A stretch of DNA of 64,000 nucleotides, from assembly GCA_965197585.1 (NCBI GenBank), contig OZ240215.1, forward strand, positions 2,208,001 to 2,272,000, in the 5' to 3' direction. Shown here piece after piece: positions 38,650-48,993 of the stretch. Source of the DNA: Dehalococcoidia bacterium (GTDB lineage: Bacteria > Chloroflexota > Dehalococcoidia > Plut-88900). Every line of letters begins with the position of its first letter. Position 1 is the stretch's first letter. The notes beneath the pieces were generated by a model, which worked only from the letters and a program-made list of their open reading frames with translations, had not been told where the DNA came from and did not search any database. A program made the position numbers and the translations under genes.

Positions 38650-39162
38650 CTAGTATTCGATGACGGTTGTTATCGGATAACCCTTGATACGGTCTCGACC
38701 TCCCAAGTCCTTAAGCTCGACCAGGAACGCCAGCCCCGCAACCACCCCACCCAGCTCCTCCACCAGCCTCACCGTCGCCTCCGCCGTGCCCCCCGTCGCC
38801 AACAGGTCGTCTACTACCAGCACCCGCTCCCCCACCGAAACCGCATCTCGATGCAATTCCATGGCATTAGACCCGTATTCCAGGTCGTAGCTCACCTTCA
38901 CTACCTCCCTGGGCAGCTTCCCCTCTTTCCTTACCGGCAGCAGCGGCTTGTCCATCTCTAGGGCAAGGGGCGCAGCTATCAGAAACCCCCGAGCATCTAT
39001 CGCCGCGAACGAGTCAATCTCCCTACCTGCGATACTTTCCTTAATCAAGTTTAGAGCGTGACGAAAGGCAGGGGGATATTGGAGAAGGGGTGTTATATCT
39101 CGGAAGAGGATGCCGGGTTTCGGAAAGTCCGGCACCTCGGCGATGTATTTCTTCAGGTCCAT
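38650..39162 (-). CDS. apt: adenine phosphoribosyltransferase
   Basis: PDFPKPGILFRDITPL, RKEGKLP, LEYG, VDDLLATGGT. Confidence 0.96.
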   Translation of the reverse strand: MDLKKYIAEVPDFPKPGILFRDITPLLQYPPAFRHALNLIKESIAGREIDSFAAIDARGFLIAAPLALEMDKPLLPVRKEGKLPREVVKVSYDLEYGSNAMELHRDAVSVGERVLVVDDLLATGGTAEATVRLVEELGGVVAGLAFLVELKDLGGRDRIKGYPITTVIEY

Positions 39163-39303
39163 TTAGGCAAATTCCGTAGACCGTAATTCGCCACGAATGT
39201 ACATCAACGGATTTCGGGGTGTCAATCTGAATATGGCTTTTCGCCGGCAGTCCCTTCTCAATACTGGATTGCATAGCCGTAAACATGCTGTCATAATGCT
39301 GTC

Positions 39304-39540
39304 ATGCCAGTGCAGATTACAATAAGAAACGTTTCCGAGGAAGTGCGTGACGTATTGGCGGCGCGTGCATCTCTTCAACGGCAGTCCATGCAGGAGTTTC
39401 TACGCGGCGAACTGGAGCGGATCGCTTCCCGCCCGTCGGCAACCGAGTGGGTCAAAGAAGTGCGGGCTCGGAAGAGGGCTTCTGGAACCCGAATACCAGC
39501 GTCGGTCATTCTTGAGGCGCGGGACGCAGACAAGCGTTGA
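39304..39540 (+). CDS. FitA-like RHH antitoxin
   Basis: ITIRNVSEEVRDVLAARA..SMQEFLR; overlaps the toxin start. Confidence 0.85.
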   Translation: MPVQITIRNVSEEVRDVLAARASLQRQSMQEFLRGELERIASRPSATEWVKEVRARKRASGTRIPASVILEARDADKR

Positions 39541-39941
39541 CGGTAGTCGTCGACTCGTCAGTGATCCTCGCTGCGCTGGTGGACTCGGCCCGCGAAGGTC
39601 CCTGGGCGGAAACTATAGTCGAAAGAGAATCCCTCTTCGCCCCCGAGCTACTGTTTGCCGAGACTACCAACGCACTGCGACGTCTTGAAAGGGAGGGCAG
39701 AATTTCTACCTCCGATGCCAAAGGCGCTCTCGATGACTTACTTAGATTGCAAGTGAACCTTTATCCCTACTCTCCGTATGCCGACCGCGTTTGGGACTTG
39801 CGGTTCAACTTGACGGCTTACGATGCTTGGTACGTTGCGATGGCGGAAACAATGGACTGCCCTTTGGCCACACTCGATCTGAGATTGGCACGGGCTAGTG
39901 GAACGAAGTGCGAGTTCCTCCTTCCCCATCCCACCGCCTGA
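39537..39941 (+). CDS. VapC PIN-domain toxin
   Basis: VVDSS, AE, NLTAYDAWYVA, TLDLRL. Confidence 0.9.
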   Translation: MTVVVDSSVILAALVDSAREGPWAETIVERESLFAPELLFAETTNALRRLEREGRISTSDAKGALDDLLRLQVNLYPYSPYADRVWDLRFNLTAYDAWYVAMAETMDCPLATLDLRLARASGTKCEFLLPHPTA

Positions 39942-39986
39942 ACGCTATAATCCCCCCACACCGCCCCCCACCCGAAAGGCCTTGCC

Positions 39987-40937
39987 ATGACTACCAAGCC
40001 CCGCATGAAGTTCGGCGTCTCCATAGGCCAGGAACGGGTCACGTGGCCGGAAATCGAAGAGGCCGCCGCCCTAATCGAGGAGCTTGGCTTCGACTCCCTC
40101 TGGTGCCATGACCACCTCATCCCCTCTGACCCCGGCCGCAACGAAGGCCCGTGCCTCGAGGCCTGGGCCCTTCTCGGGGCTTTGGCCCGCATGACCAAGA
40201 ACGTCACCATCGGCCCTATGGTTACGGGCAACACCTACCGCAACCCTGTCCTCTTGGCCAAGTCCGCTACTACCGTCGATATCATCAGCAAAGGCCGGCT
40301 CATCTTCGGCATCGGGGCCGGGTGGTTCGAGATGGAGCACACCGCCTACGACTTCCCCTTCTACACCGTCGGCGAGAGGATCAGCCGCCTCGACGAGTCC
40401 GTAGAACTCATCAAGAAGCTCTGGACCAGCGACGGGCCCGTCAACCACTCGGGCAAGTATTATTCCTTAACCAACGCACCTTTCGACCCCCAACCCGTCC
40501 AGCAGCCCCACCCCCCAATCCTCATTGCTGGCGGCGGCGAGAAGCGCACCCTCAAAGTCGCTGCCAAGTGGGCCGACATGATGAACATCTACGGCACTCC
40601 CGAGATAGCCGCCCACAAATACCGAGTCCTCAAAGAACACTGCCGCAACGTCGGGCGTGACCCCTCCCAGATCGAAAAGACCGTCAACGCCGCCTTCATC
40701 CCACCGGAAAAGATGGACGACTGGAACTGGTGGATGGACCGGCTTTCCAAGGCCATGCCGGAGCAGATGGTGGCACGAGGGAACGGCGGAGTAGTAGGGG
40801 ATATGGACGCCATCCGCGACTGGGTCCGCGGCCACTCCGAAATCGGGACCCAGCACATTATCTTGACCATGCGCTCCCCCTACCCCCTCGAGTCCCTCAC
40901 AACCTTCGCCCGCAAAATTATGCCGGAGTTCAGATAG
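39987..40937 (+). CDS. LLM class (probably F420-dependent) oxidoreductase
   Basis: GFDSLWCHDH, YRNPVLLAK, GRLIFGIGAGW, AGGGEKRTL. Confidence 0.9.
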   Translation: MTTKPRMKFGVSIGQERVTWPEIEEAAALIEELGFDSLWCHDHLIPSDPGRNEGPCLEAWALLGALARMTKNVTIGPMVTGNTYRNPVLLAKSATTVDIISKGRLIFGIGAGWFEMEHTAYDFPFYTVGERISRLDESVELIKKLWTSDGPVNHSGKYYSLTNAPFDPQPVQQPHPPILIAGGGEKRTLKVAAKWADMMNIYGTPEIAAHKYRVLKEHCRNVGRDPSQIEKTVNAAFIPPEKMDDWNWWMDRLSKAMPEQMVARGNGGVVGDMDAIRDWVRGHSEIGTQHIILTMRSPYPLESLTTFARKIMPEFR

Positions 40938-40947
40938 GAGAATCGCA

Positions 40948-42111
40948 ATGGCCGAGCACAGAGACATCCCCTTTCCCGTCGAGGAGTACAGGACTCGTCT
41001 GGATTCAGTCCAGGAGCGGATGCGCTCCCGAGACATAGATATCCTTCTGGCCTACACCCCGGAGAACATCAACTACCTCACCGGCTACAACACCACCGGC
41101 TATTACGTATATCAGTGTCTACTCATCCCCGCCGACCGGGACCCGATCATGGTCACCCGTGAGCTGGAGACCGACAACGTCACTCTGGGAACATGGCTCG
41201 ACGACTACCGCATCTTCTCCGATACCGAAGACCCCGTGGTGACCACATGCAACGCCATCGCCGAGTTTGGCTACGCCGACAAGCGCGTCGGCTTCGAGTC
41301 AACTTCCTGGTTCCTCCAGCTCCGTGACTACCAGCAGACCGTCTCCCTCCTCCCAAGCGCCGAGATCAAGGACGGCGGCAACATCGTCGAAGAGAGCCGA
41401 GTTGTGAAGTCTCCCCTGGAAATTGAGGCTATCAGGGAAGCCTCTCGTATAGTAGCCAAGGGAATGCAGGCCGGCATCGACGCTGCGCGGCCCGGCGTCA
41501 CCGACAACTACGTCGCCGGTGAGCTCACCCGCACCCTCTACGCCGAGGGCAGCATCTACTTCGCTGGTCAGCCCTACGTCGCCTCGGGCAAACGCACGAG
41601 CCGGGGCCACATCACCTTCGCCAACGTCACCCTGGAGCCGGGCGACCCCGTCTTCTTCGAAATATCCGCCAACGTTAAGCGTTACAGCGCATCCCTCATG
41701 CGCACCATCTCCCTCGGCCCGCCTGACGACGAGGTCAAGCGAGTCGCCGAGGCCTCCATAGCCGGGGTTACCGCTGCCGTCGAGAACATGGGCCCCGGCA
41801 TGACCTCCCACGATGCCGACGCCTTCTGCCGCGACGCCATCACCAAGGCCGGATACGGCCACCTGTTTAACCACCGCACCGGCTATTCCATCGGCGTCGG
41901 ATACCCGCCGGGATGGGGCGAGGGCCATATCATGGACATCAAGCCCGACGACCAGCGCGTCCTAAAGCCGGGCATGACCTTCCACCTCACTCCCGCCCTT
42001 CTCATACCAGGCGTCGCGGGCCCCGGCTTCAGCGAAACCGTCCTAATCACCGACAACGGCGCTGAAACCCTAACCAGCTTCCCAAGGGAGTTCCTTGTCA
42101 AGCAGATCTAA
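40948..42111 (+). CDS. M24 family protein, creatinase / ectoine hydrolase-like
   Basis: EEYRTRL, PENINYLTGY, KSPLEI, HRTGYSIGVGYPPGWGE, SETVLIT. Confidence 0.85.
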   Translation: MAEHRDIPFPVEEYRTRLDSVQERMRSRDIDILLAYTPENINYLTGYNTTGYYVYQCLLIPADRDPIMVTRELETDNVTLGTWLDDYRIFSDTEDPVVTTCNAIAEFGYADKRVGFESTSWFLQLRDYQQTVSLLPSAEIKDGGNIVEESRVVKSPLEIEAIREASRIVAKGMQAGIDAARPGVTDNYVAGELTRTLYAEGSIYFAGQPYVASGKRTSRGHITFANVTLEPGDPVFFEISANVKRYSASLMRTISLGPPDDEVKRVAEASIAGVTAAVENMGPGMTSHDADAFCRDAITKAGYGHLFNHRTGYSIGVGYPPGWGEGHIMDIKPDDQRVLKPGMTFHLTPALLIPGVAGPGFSETVLITDNGAETLTSFPREFLVKQI

Positions 42112-42141
42112 CCTTACTCTCATACCCCAGAACCCATCACT

Positions 42142-43092
42142 ATGACCTCCAAAAGGCGTATCGAATTCGCCTGTTTGGTCGGCGCTTCCAACATCTCCTG
42201 GCCTGAGTTCCGCCGCATGTGCGAGACCGTCGAGGACCTGGGCTTCGATCACCTTTGGGTTGCCGACGTTCTTACACCCGCCGACGCCGACTTATCGCAT
42301 GGCCCGGTCCTCGAATGCTGGAGCCTGCTCTCCGCCGCAGCCTCCTTCACCCGGAACATACCCATCGGACCTTTGGTTTGCGACAACACCTACCGGCACC
42401 CCGTCATGCTCGCCAAGATCGCAACTACCGTTGACATCATGAGTGAAGGCAGGCTCACCTACGGCATAGGGGCGGGCTGGGCCACGGAGGAACACCGAGC
42501 CTATGGCATTCCCTTCGATCGCATCGGCGCCCGCGTAGCCCAAATGGAAGAGGCCGTCCAGTTGACCAAGCTCCTGTGGCAGTCCCCCGACCCCGTAACC
42601 TTCCACGGACGCCATTACACCCTGGAAAACGCCCCTTTCAACCCCAAGCCAGTGCAGAAGCCCTACCCTCCCATCATGATCGCCGGCGGAGGCGAGAAGC
42701 TCACCCTCCGCGCCGTGGCCCGACACGCCGATCAGATGAACGTCTACGGCGACCCAGAGCTAGTTGCCCACAAATTCGACGTCCTACGCCAACACTGCCT
42801 CGACGCAGGCCGCAACTATGACGATATCAAGAAGACTGTCCTCGTCCAGTTCGTGCCTCCCGAGCGTCAGAAGGCCTGGGACGAGTTCGTCGCAAAGCTC
42901 GCCATCGATCAGCCCGACCTCCTCGCACGAGGCCAGAGCCAGGCCATGACCGGCGACGTAGACGATTGGCGCGAGTGGGTACAGACCCGTGCCGACCTCG
43001 GCGTCGACCAGGTTATCATCAACCTCTATACTCCCTACCTGTACGACGCAGTAGCTCGCTTCGCCAAAGAGGTAGTCCCCGCCTTCCACTAA
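42142..43092 (+). CDS. LLM class oxidoreductase
   Basis: GFDHLWVAD, YRHPVMLAK, GIGAGW, AGGGEKLTL. Confidence 0.9.
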   Translation: MTSKRRIEFACLVGASNISWPEFRRMCETVEDLGFDHLWVADVLTPADADLSHGPVLECWSLLSAAASFTRNIPIGPLVCDNTYRHPVMLAKIATTVDIMSEGRLTYGIGAGWATEEHRAYGIPFDRIGARVAQMEEAVQLTKLLWQSPDPVTFHGRHYTLENAPFNPKPVQKPYPPIMIAGGGEKLTLRAVARHADQMNVYGDPELVAHKFDVLRQHCLDAGRNYDDIKKTVLVQFVPPERQKAWDEFVAKLAIDQPDLLARGQSQAMTGDVDDWREWVQTRADLGVDQVIINLYTPYLYDAVARFAKEVVPAFH

Positions 43093-43153
43093 AATGACCT
43101 CCCTCTCCTTGTAGGGGCGACTGGCCGGTCGCCCGTCCCAGCTGGAGCACAAT

Positions 43154-44083
43154 ATGACTAAAGTAAAGTTCGGCCCCATCTACACCCGCATCGAAGACCT
43201 CATGGGCCCCGTAGAACTCGCCGAGAAGGCCGAGTCCTGGGGCTACGACTCCTTCTGGGTCCCGGACTACGTCCTCAAGCCCCGCCTGGACGCCCTCATT
43301 GTCCTCGGCGCCGCGGCCCAACGCACCTCCACCATCCAACTCGGCACCGCCGTCATGGTCCTTCCCTACAAGGACCCTCTTCAACTCTCAAAGTCGGCCC
43401 TGTCAGTGGATGTGCTTTCCAACGGGAGGCTCCTCTTGGGCGTCGGCATCGGCGCCAACCCGAGGGAGTTTGACGTGATGGGACTCGACATCCGATACCG
43501 GGGCCGCGTCTCCGATGAGCGCCTGGACATCATGTCCCATATCCTGGATGGCGAGACCGTCACCCACCACGGCAAGTTCCACTCTTTCGAAAATGTCTCG
43601 ATCGGGCCTCCCGCCGTCAGCAAGCCCAGAATACCCATATGGGTGGGCGCGCACTGCGGTGACGGCTGGGCAGAGGGTGCACTTAGACGCACCGGCAAGT
43701 ACGGCGACGGATTCATCCCGACCGAGGCCACAATCGAGCAGTACAAAGACGCCATGGACCGCATCTCCCGATACGCAGAAGACGCGGGCCGAGACCCCTC
43801 CTCCATCGAATGGGGGATATTCATCTTCATAATCATGGAAGACTCCCGTGAGTACGCCGAACGCAAGGGATTTGCTGAGCTGGCTGACAGGCTTGACCGG
43901 GACTACCCGCTGGTTCACGGTCGGGCTGCTGCAGCCGGCACCGTCGACGAATGCATCGAAGCCATCCAGGCCTACGTCGACATCGGAGTCACCCACTTCA
44001 TCTTCGATTCCGCATCCCCCGCCGAAGAAATCGTCGAACAATACGAACGCGCCGCCAAGGAAATAGTCCCCCACTTCCGCTAG
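43154..44083 (+). CDS. LLM class oxidoreductase
   Basis: GYDSFWVPD, LGTAV, GRLLLGVGIG, PIWVG. Confidence 0.9.
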   Translation: MTKVKFGPIYTRIEDLMGPVELAEKAESWGYDSFWVPDYVLKPRLDALIVLGAAAQRTSTIQLGTAVMVLPYKDPLQLSKSALSVDVLSNGRLLLGVGIGANPREFDVMGLDIRYRGRVSDERLDIMSHILDGETVTHHGKFHSFENVSIGPPAVSKPRIPIWVGAHCGDGWAEGALRRTGKYGDGFIPTEATIEQYKDAMDRISRYAEDAGRDPSSIEWGIFIFIIMEDSREYAERKGFAELADRLDRDYPLVHGRAAAAGTVDECIEAIQAYVDIGVTHFIFDSASPAEEIVEQYERAAKEIVPHFR

Positions 44084-44099
44084 CCACACCCAAATCCCT

Positions 44100-44191
44100 G
44101 TCATTCCGAGGCCCGCGAGGAATCTGGGGTGGGGTTCTGTCCCCCTCCCCTGTGGAGGGGCCGCTCGTGCTAGGCTCTCGAAGTATGAGCG
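44100..44191. repeat. REP-like palindromes
   Basis: gtcattccgagg..gaggaatct (also 32632, 45216); ccgctcgtgct..ctctcgaagtatgagcg (also 21765). Confidence 0.7.
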
Positions 44192-44238
44192 CGGAGGGAA
44201 GTCACGTTTCCCCTCCCTCTACGAGCCGTACGTGCGCC

Positions 44239-45177
44239 TTAGGCCGGAGAGGGTGAAATCCCCCTCACCAAAGGCAGCACCTCACGCGCAAACCGCTCAT
44301 ACTGCTCCATCATCTGCTCCGGCACGACACCCGCATTCATCACAAAGTGCATAACCCCCGCATCGACGTACTCCTGTATCGCCTCAGCACAGTCCTCCGC
44401 GTTCCCCGACACATTCGCCTCCCCCCGAATCGTCGCCGTATGGCTCCGCCGACGGTTCGACTCCGCTTCCAGGGTCTTCCACGCCCACTCCCGGTCGTCG
44501 TCCAGGCAGAACCAGAGCACCGTCCCAAACTCCAGCGAGTCCGGGTCTCGGCCAAACCCTTTGGCGTAAGCGCGCACCTTGTTGCGTACTGCCCCGTATT
44601 CGGACACGGGAACAAGGGTCGGCACGAAGCCGTCCGCAAGTCTTCCCGCCCTTACGAGCGTCGATTCTACGAGTCCGTTTCTCCACAGTGGCCCCGTCCA
44701 AATCGGAGGGTGAGGACGTTGCACGGGTTCCGGCCCCACCACAACCCCATCCATCTGATGAAACTTGCCCCGGTGGGTCACACTCTCCTCCGAAAGCAGT
44801 CGTCGCAGCAAAGCCAGTTTCTCGTCAGCCATCGCTCCCCGTTGGTGAATGTCTAGCCCCATGGCGTCGAACTCTTCCTTGCGGCTCCCCACCCCCAACC
44901 CCAATATCAGCCGACCCTTCGATAGCGCGTCTACGGTGGCTACAGTCTTGGCAAGGGCGAGGGGATGCCGGTACGGAAGTACAATCACCGCCGTTGCCAA
45001 CAGAATGCGCTCCGTCTTCTGGGACGCCGCCGCCAGGAGAGTCATTGGGTCGGGAGTCGACCCCAGGGCGAAGTCCGTCACCCAAAAAGAGTCGTACCCA
45101 GACTTTTCTGCCCGGACCGCCATGTCTACGCCCTCGTTTGAGTCGTAGATGTGCGAATGCATTATCCCGAATTTCAT
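44239..45177 (-). CDS. LLM class oxidoreductase
   Basis: GYDSFWVTD, YRHPLALAK, GRLILGLGVG, PPIW. Confidence 0.9.
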   Translation of the reverse strand: MKFGIMHSHIYDSNEGVDMAVRAEKSGYDSFWVTDFALGSTPDPMTLLAAASQKTERILLATAVIVLPYRHPLALAKTVATVDALSKGRLILGLGVGSRKEEFDAMGLDIHQRGAMADEKLALLRRLLSEESVTHRGKFHQMDGVVVGPEPVQRPHPPIWTGPLWRNGLVESTLVRAGRLADGFVPTLVPVSEYGAVRNKVRAYAKGFGRDPDSLEFGTVLWFCLDDDREWAWKTLEAESNRRRSHTATIRGEANVSGNAEDCAEAIQEYVDAGVMHFVMNAGVVPEQMMEQYERFAREVLPLVRGISPSPA

Positions 45178-45386
45178 TTCTTCAATACCCCCACTTTGCA
45201 AAACCCCTCTTGCATGTCATCCCGAGGCCCTGTGAGGAATTTTGACAGCCTTCATTGGAAGGCTATACTCGCCTGGGTTGTGACACCATGCCGCCGAGTC
45301 CCGCCCCGTGCCGCCGCAGAGCCCTCTGTATCGCAAGTACCAGGGACTAACTTTATGTCTACCTGGTGGTCAGAACGGAAAAGCCG

Positions 45387-45587
45387 ATGCCTATATTCGT
45401 ATTCCTTGCGACATTCTTTGGGTGGATCTTTGCCGTCAGGCACCTGCTGTGGAGAGATAAAGAGAGGAAACTCACGGGCCCGAAGATGCACATGGTGACG
45501 AAGAGAGCCGAACTTGCCACAATAGGGCTAGGTCTATGTATTCTTGGTTTCGTCGTGCTACTTCTTTTCTTCGCCCGTAGTGGGTAG
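45387..45587 (+). CDS. small 2-TM hypothetical membrane protein
   Basis: Two hydrophobic segments; followed by a terminator. Confidence 0.5.
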   Translation: MPIFVFLATFFGWIFAVRHLLWRDKERKLTGPKMHMVTKRAELATIGLGLCILGFVVLLLFFARSG

Positions 45588-45604
45588 AACGGTAGATAAT
45601 TCCC

Positions 45605-45647
45605 AAAGGAAAGGGTTGGCACTATGCGCCAACCCTTTCCTTTTATT
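45605..45647. terminator. intrinsic terminator (probably bidirectional)
   Basis: aaaggaaagggttggc / gccaaccctttccttt 16-bp stem with T-tract, between convergent genes. Confidence 0.8.
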
Positions 45648-45679
45648 TGTTATTTCAGGTTGTAGTCGATGAACCTACC

Positions 45680-46843
45680 CTACAGCTTCGCCACAAACTT
45701 CCGTATCCCCTCCACGCCCTTCTCCAGGTTCTCCATGCTCGTAGCGAAGGAAATCCGTACGAATCCCTCTCCGTATTTCCCGAAGGAGATGCCCGGAAGC
45801 ACCGCCACTCCGTTCTCGTAGAGCAATCGGTCCCCGAACTGTTGCGCTGAAAGCCCGAGGTCCGAAACGTTGGGGAACAGGTAGAAAGCCCCCTCGGGCT
45901 TGAAGCACCGGATACCGTCTATCTCGTTCAGGGCGTCGCAGGTCATGTCCCGCCGTCTGCGGAACTCCGCGACCATCTCCTGGGGCTCTTCCTTGGAGCC
46001 TTCTAATGCCGCGACGCCCGCCTTCTGCACGAAGGCCGCCGTACAAGAGACGCTGTTCACCATCAGCTTCGAGATATGGGGCACTAGCTCCGACGGGAAC
46101 ACCCCGTACCCGAGCCTCCAACCGGTCATGGCGTAGGTCTTCGAAAAGCCGTCCAAGATTATGGAACGCTCCAGCATCCCCGGTAGCTCGGCAATACTCG
46201 TGTGAGTGCTGTCGTAGACTATGTCCCTGTACATCTCATCGGAGAGCACCAGGATATCGTTCTCCTTTGCCATTTCCGCAATGGCCTCTAAGTCCTCTTT
46301 GTCCATCATCCCGCCCGTCGGGTTGTGAGGCGAGTTCAGGATGATCAGCCGCGTACGGGAGGTTATGGATCGCCTCACTTCATCCAGGTCGGGCTTGAAC
46401 CCCTCTTCTTCGTACAGGCGCATGGGTACCGGCGTAGCCCCCGAGAATTTGATCATCGACTCGTAGATTGGGAACCCGGGGTTCGGGTAGATGACCTCAT
46501 CCCCTTCTTCCACGAGGGCCGTCAGGGTGTAGAACATTATCGGCTTTGCGCCCGGCGTGACGATTATCGAGTCCGGCGAAACTTCAATGCCCCGGGTCTC
46601 GGAAGTGTGCTTGGCAACCGCGGCACGGACGTCGGGAAGACCGGCGGCAGGGCCGTAGTGGGTAAACCCGCCGTCCAGCGCATCCTTTGCCGCGCCGATA
46701 ATGTGGTTGGGGGTGTCGAAATCTGGCTCTCCTAGTTCAAGGTGCACCACGTCGACTCCCGTGGCGGCAAGGGCGTTGGCTTTTACCAGGACCTCAAACG
46801 CGGTCTCGGTCCCCAGGTTGCTCATTCTAGAAGCCAGTTTCAT
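45680..46843 (-). CDS. class I/II PLP aminotransferase (AspC-like)
   Basis: GEPDFDTP, NSPHNPTG, SDEMY, GFSKTYAMTGWRLGY. Confidence 0.94.
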   Translation of the reverse strand: MKLASRMSNLGTETAFEVLVKANALAATGVDVVHLELGEPDFDTPNHIIGAAKDALDGGFTHYGPAAGLPDVRAAVAKHTSETRGIEVSPDSIIVTPGAKPIMFYTLTALVEEGDEVIYPNPGFPIYESMIKFSGATPVPMRLYEEEGFKPDLDEVRRSITSRTRLIILNSPHNPTGGMMDKEDLEAIAEMAKENDILVLSDEMYRDIVYDSTHTSIAELPGMLERSIILDGFSKTYAMTGWRLGYGVFPSELVPHISKLMVNSVSCTAAFVQKAGVAALEGSKEEPQEMVAEFRRRRDMTCDALNEIDGIRCFKPEGAFYLFPNVSDLGLSAQQFGDRLLYENGVAVLPGISFGKYGEGFVRISFATSMENLEKGVEGIRKFVAKL

Positions 46844-47098
46844 TTCAGATGCTCCTCCCAGGTCGCATTTGTCGTGGCTGACGGGTCACTGATTATATCA
46901 TGGTGCAGATTACATCCACCCCACCCACCGAGTCTTCGCCTCTATCCCCGTGGGGGAGGGTCCTCGTGCCCGCCATGGTCTTGTGGCAGGCGCAGCTTCA
47001 GCCTCCCCTCCGACGCACTAAAGGGGTGCATCCCCTGACATACACCCAGCCTTTCCGTTAAAATGACCCCCGAATCCCCACCCCGAAAGGGTCTTGCC

Positions 47099-48046
47099 AT
47101 GACCAACGTACAGTTCGGTCCCCTCTATACCACGATGGAGAAATACATCGGCCCGGTGGAGTTCGCCCAAAAGGCCGAGCAGTGGGGCTACGACTACTAC
47201 TGGGTCCCCGACTACGTGACCCTCAGCCCCATGGACGCCTTCGTTCTCCTCTCCGCCGTCGCCCAGAACACCACTACTCTCAGGCTGGGCACCGCCGTGG
47301 TAGTCGTCCCATTCAGGACGCCCTTCCAGCTAGCCAAGGCCTCGGCCACGGTGGACGTGCTGTCGGGTGGCCGGTTCACGCTGGGCGTCGGCATCGGGGG
47401 CGCCGTGCCCCGGGACTTCGATGTCGCTCAGGTCGACATGCGAAAGCGCGGCCGAATCTCCAACGAGACCCTGGACATCACACGAAGGCTCCTCAACGAA
47501 GAGAACGTCAGCCATCGGGGCCACTACTACTCCTTCGACGACCTTACTATGGAGCCGAGGCCCGTCCAGGAGTCAGGCATCCCCATCTGGATTGGGTCCA
47601 TCTGCAACAACGGATTTCCCAACGGCGTCATCGACCGGGCAGCTCGCTACGGAGATGGCTTCTACCCCGCCGACGCCTCCATCCCGGAGTTCCAGAAGGC
47701 CCAGGAGCGCATCAGGGCCCGCGCCGCCGAGATCGGTCGCGACCCTGACTCCATAAAGTGGGGACTCCTCGCCTGGACTTGCCCTGGAGGTTCGAAGGAG
47801 GAGGCCCGGCAGACCGCCAGCCGGGAGATCAGCAAGCGCCTCGAGTCCGAGTGGGACGTACAGGCAGAGAACGGCTATATCCTCGGCACGCCCGAGGAAA
47901 TGGCCGAGACGCTGCAACGCTACGTCGATATCGGCGTCACCAATTTCGTCATCGACCCTGCCTGTGCCCCCGCAGACATGCTCGAAATGTTTAAAGTCTT
48001 CGCCAAAGAGGTCATACCCCACTTCAGGACCGGAGACGATTCATGA
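47099..48046 (+). CDS. LLM class oxidoreductase
   Basis: GYDYYWVPD, LGTAV, GRFTLGVGIG. Confidence 0.9.
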   Translation: MTNVQFGPLYTTMEKYIGPVEFAQKAEQWGYDYYWVPDYVTLSPMDAFVLLSAVAQNTTTLRLGTAVVVVPFRTPFQLAKASATVDVLSGGRFTLGVGIGGAVPRDFDVAQVDMRKRGRISNETLDITRRLLNEENVSHRGHYYSFDDLTMEPRPVQESGIPIWIGSICNNGFPNGVIDRAARYGDGFYPADASIPEFQKAQERIRARAAEIGRDPDSIKWGLLAWTCPGGSKEEARQTASREISKRLESEWDVQAENGYILGTPEEMAETLQRYVDIGVTNFVIDPACAPADMLEMFKVFAKEVIPHFRTGDDS

Positions 48047-48993
48047 GCCCCTTGGAATTCGGCGTCACCCTGTTCGACTCCAACGAGCGGAGCGCAATGC
48101 AGCAGGGAATCGACGCCGAGGCCTGGGGATATTCAATATTCTGGGCCCCCGAGTTCCTGGGCATCCCTACGATGGAGCCATTCGCCGTTCTTTCTGCCGT
48201 TGCCCAGCACACCAGGACCATTAAGCTCGGGACCGGAATCGCGGGCCTGGCCGTTCGAAGCCCCGTCCAGCTCGCCAAGGCAGCGGTGACCACGGACATC
48301 CTCTCCAACGGTCGGTTGGTCCTTGGACTGGGATTGGGGGGGCTCATCCCCATAGACCTGGAGGTCGAGAACATCCCCAATCTCCGGGAACGTGGCCGAG
48401 TCTCCAACGAACGCCTCGAAATCCTTTACCGTCTTTTCACTGAGCGTACCGTTTCCCATTCCGGCAATTACTACAATTTTGAGAACTTCACCCTCGGCCC
48501 CGACCCCGTACAGAAACCCCACGTCCCCATCTGGATCGGGGCCCGTTACCTGGGAAAGCTGACAGAGGCCGCCCTCAAGCGGGCCGGGACCTACGCCGAC
48601 GTATTCATCTTCCCCGCCGACACCCCCACCAGCTACTATCCCTACGCCCAAGATAAGATCCGCGCCTATGCCGAGGCCGCAGGCCGTGACCCCTGCGCAC
48701 TGCAATACGCCAGCACCATGTGGACGTGCCTCGGCTCCTCCCGGGAGCAGGCCACGGCGGTTGCCAACCGGATAATACCGGAGATGCTTAGCGTACCCTG
48801 GGTGGTCCCGGATAACGCCTGCTACGGCATGGGCACCCCGGAGGACTGCATAGAAACGGCCGAACAGTTTGCTGACCTGGGCGTCTCCCACATCCTAATG
48901 AATCCCTGCTGCGATTACGAAGAGGTTACTGCCCAGACCGAACAGTTCGGACGTGAAGTAAACTCCCATTTCAGATCGAGTGTTGCATCATGA
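48043..48993 (+). CDS. LLM class oxidoreductase
   Basis: GYSIFWAPE, LGTG, GRLVLGLGLG, PIWIG. Confidence 0.9.
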   Translation: MSPLEFGVTLFDSNERSAMQQGIDAEAWGYSIFWAPEFLGIPTMEPFAVLSAVAQHTRTIKLGTGIAGLAVRSPVQLAKAAVTTDILSNGRLVLGLGLGGLIPIDLEVENIPNLRERGRVSNERLEILYRLFTERTVSHSGNYYNFENFTLGPDPVQKPHVPIWIGARYLGKLTEAALKRAGTYADVFIFPADTPTSYYPYAQDKIRAYAEAAGRDPCALQYASTMWTCLGSSREQATAVANRIIPEMLSVPWVVPDNACYGMGTPEDCIETAEQFADLGVSHILMNPCCDYEEVTAQTEQFGREVNSHFRSSVAS

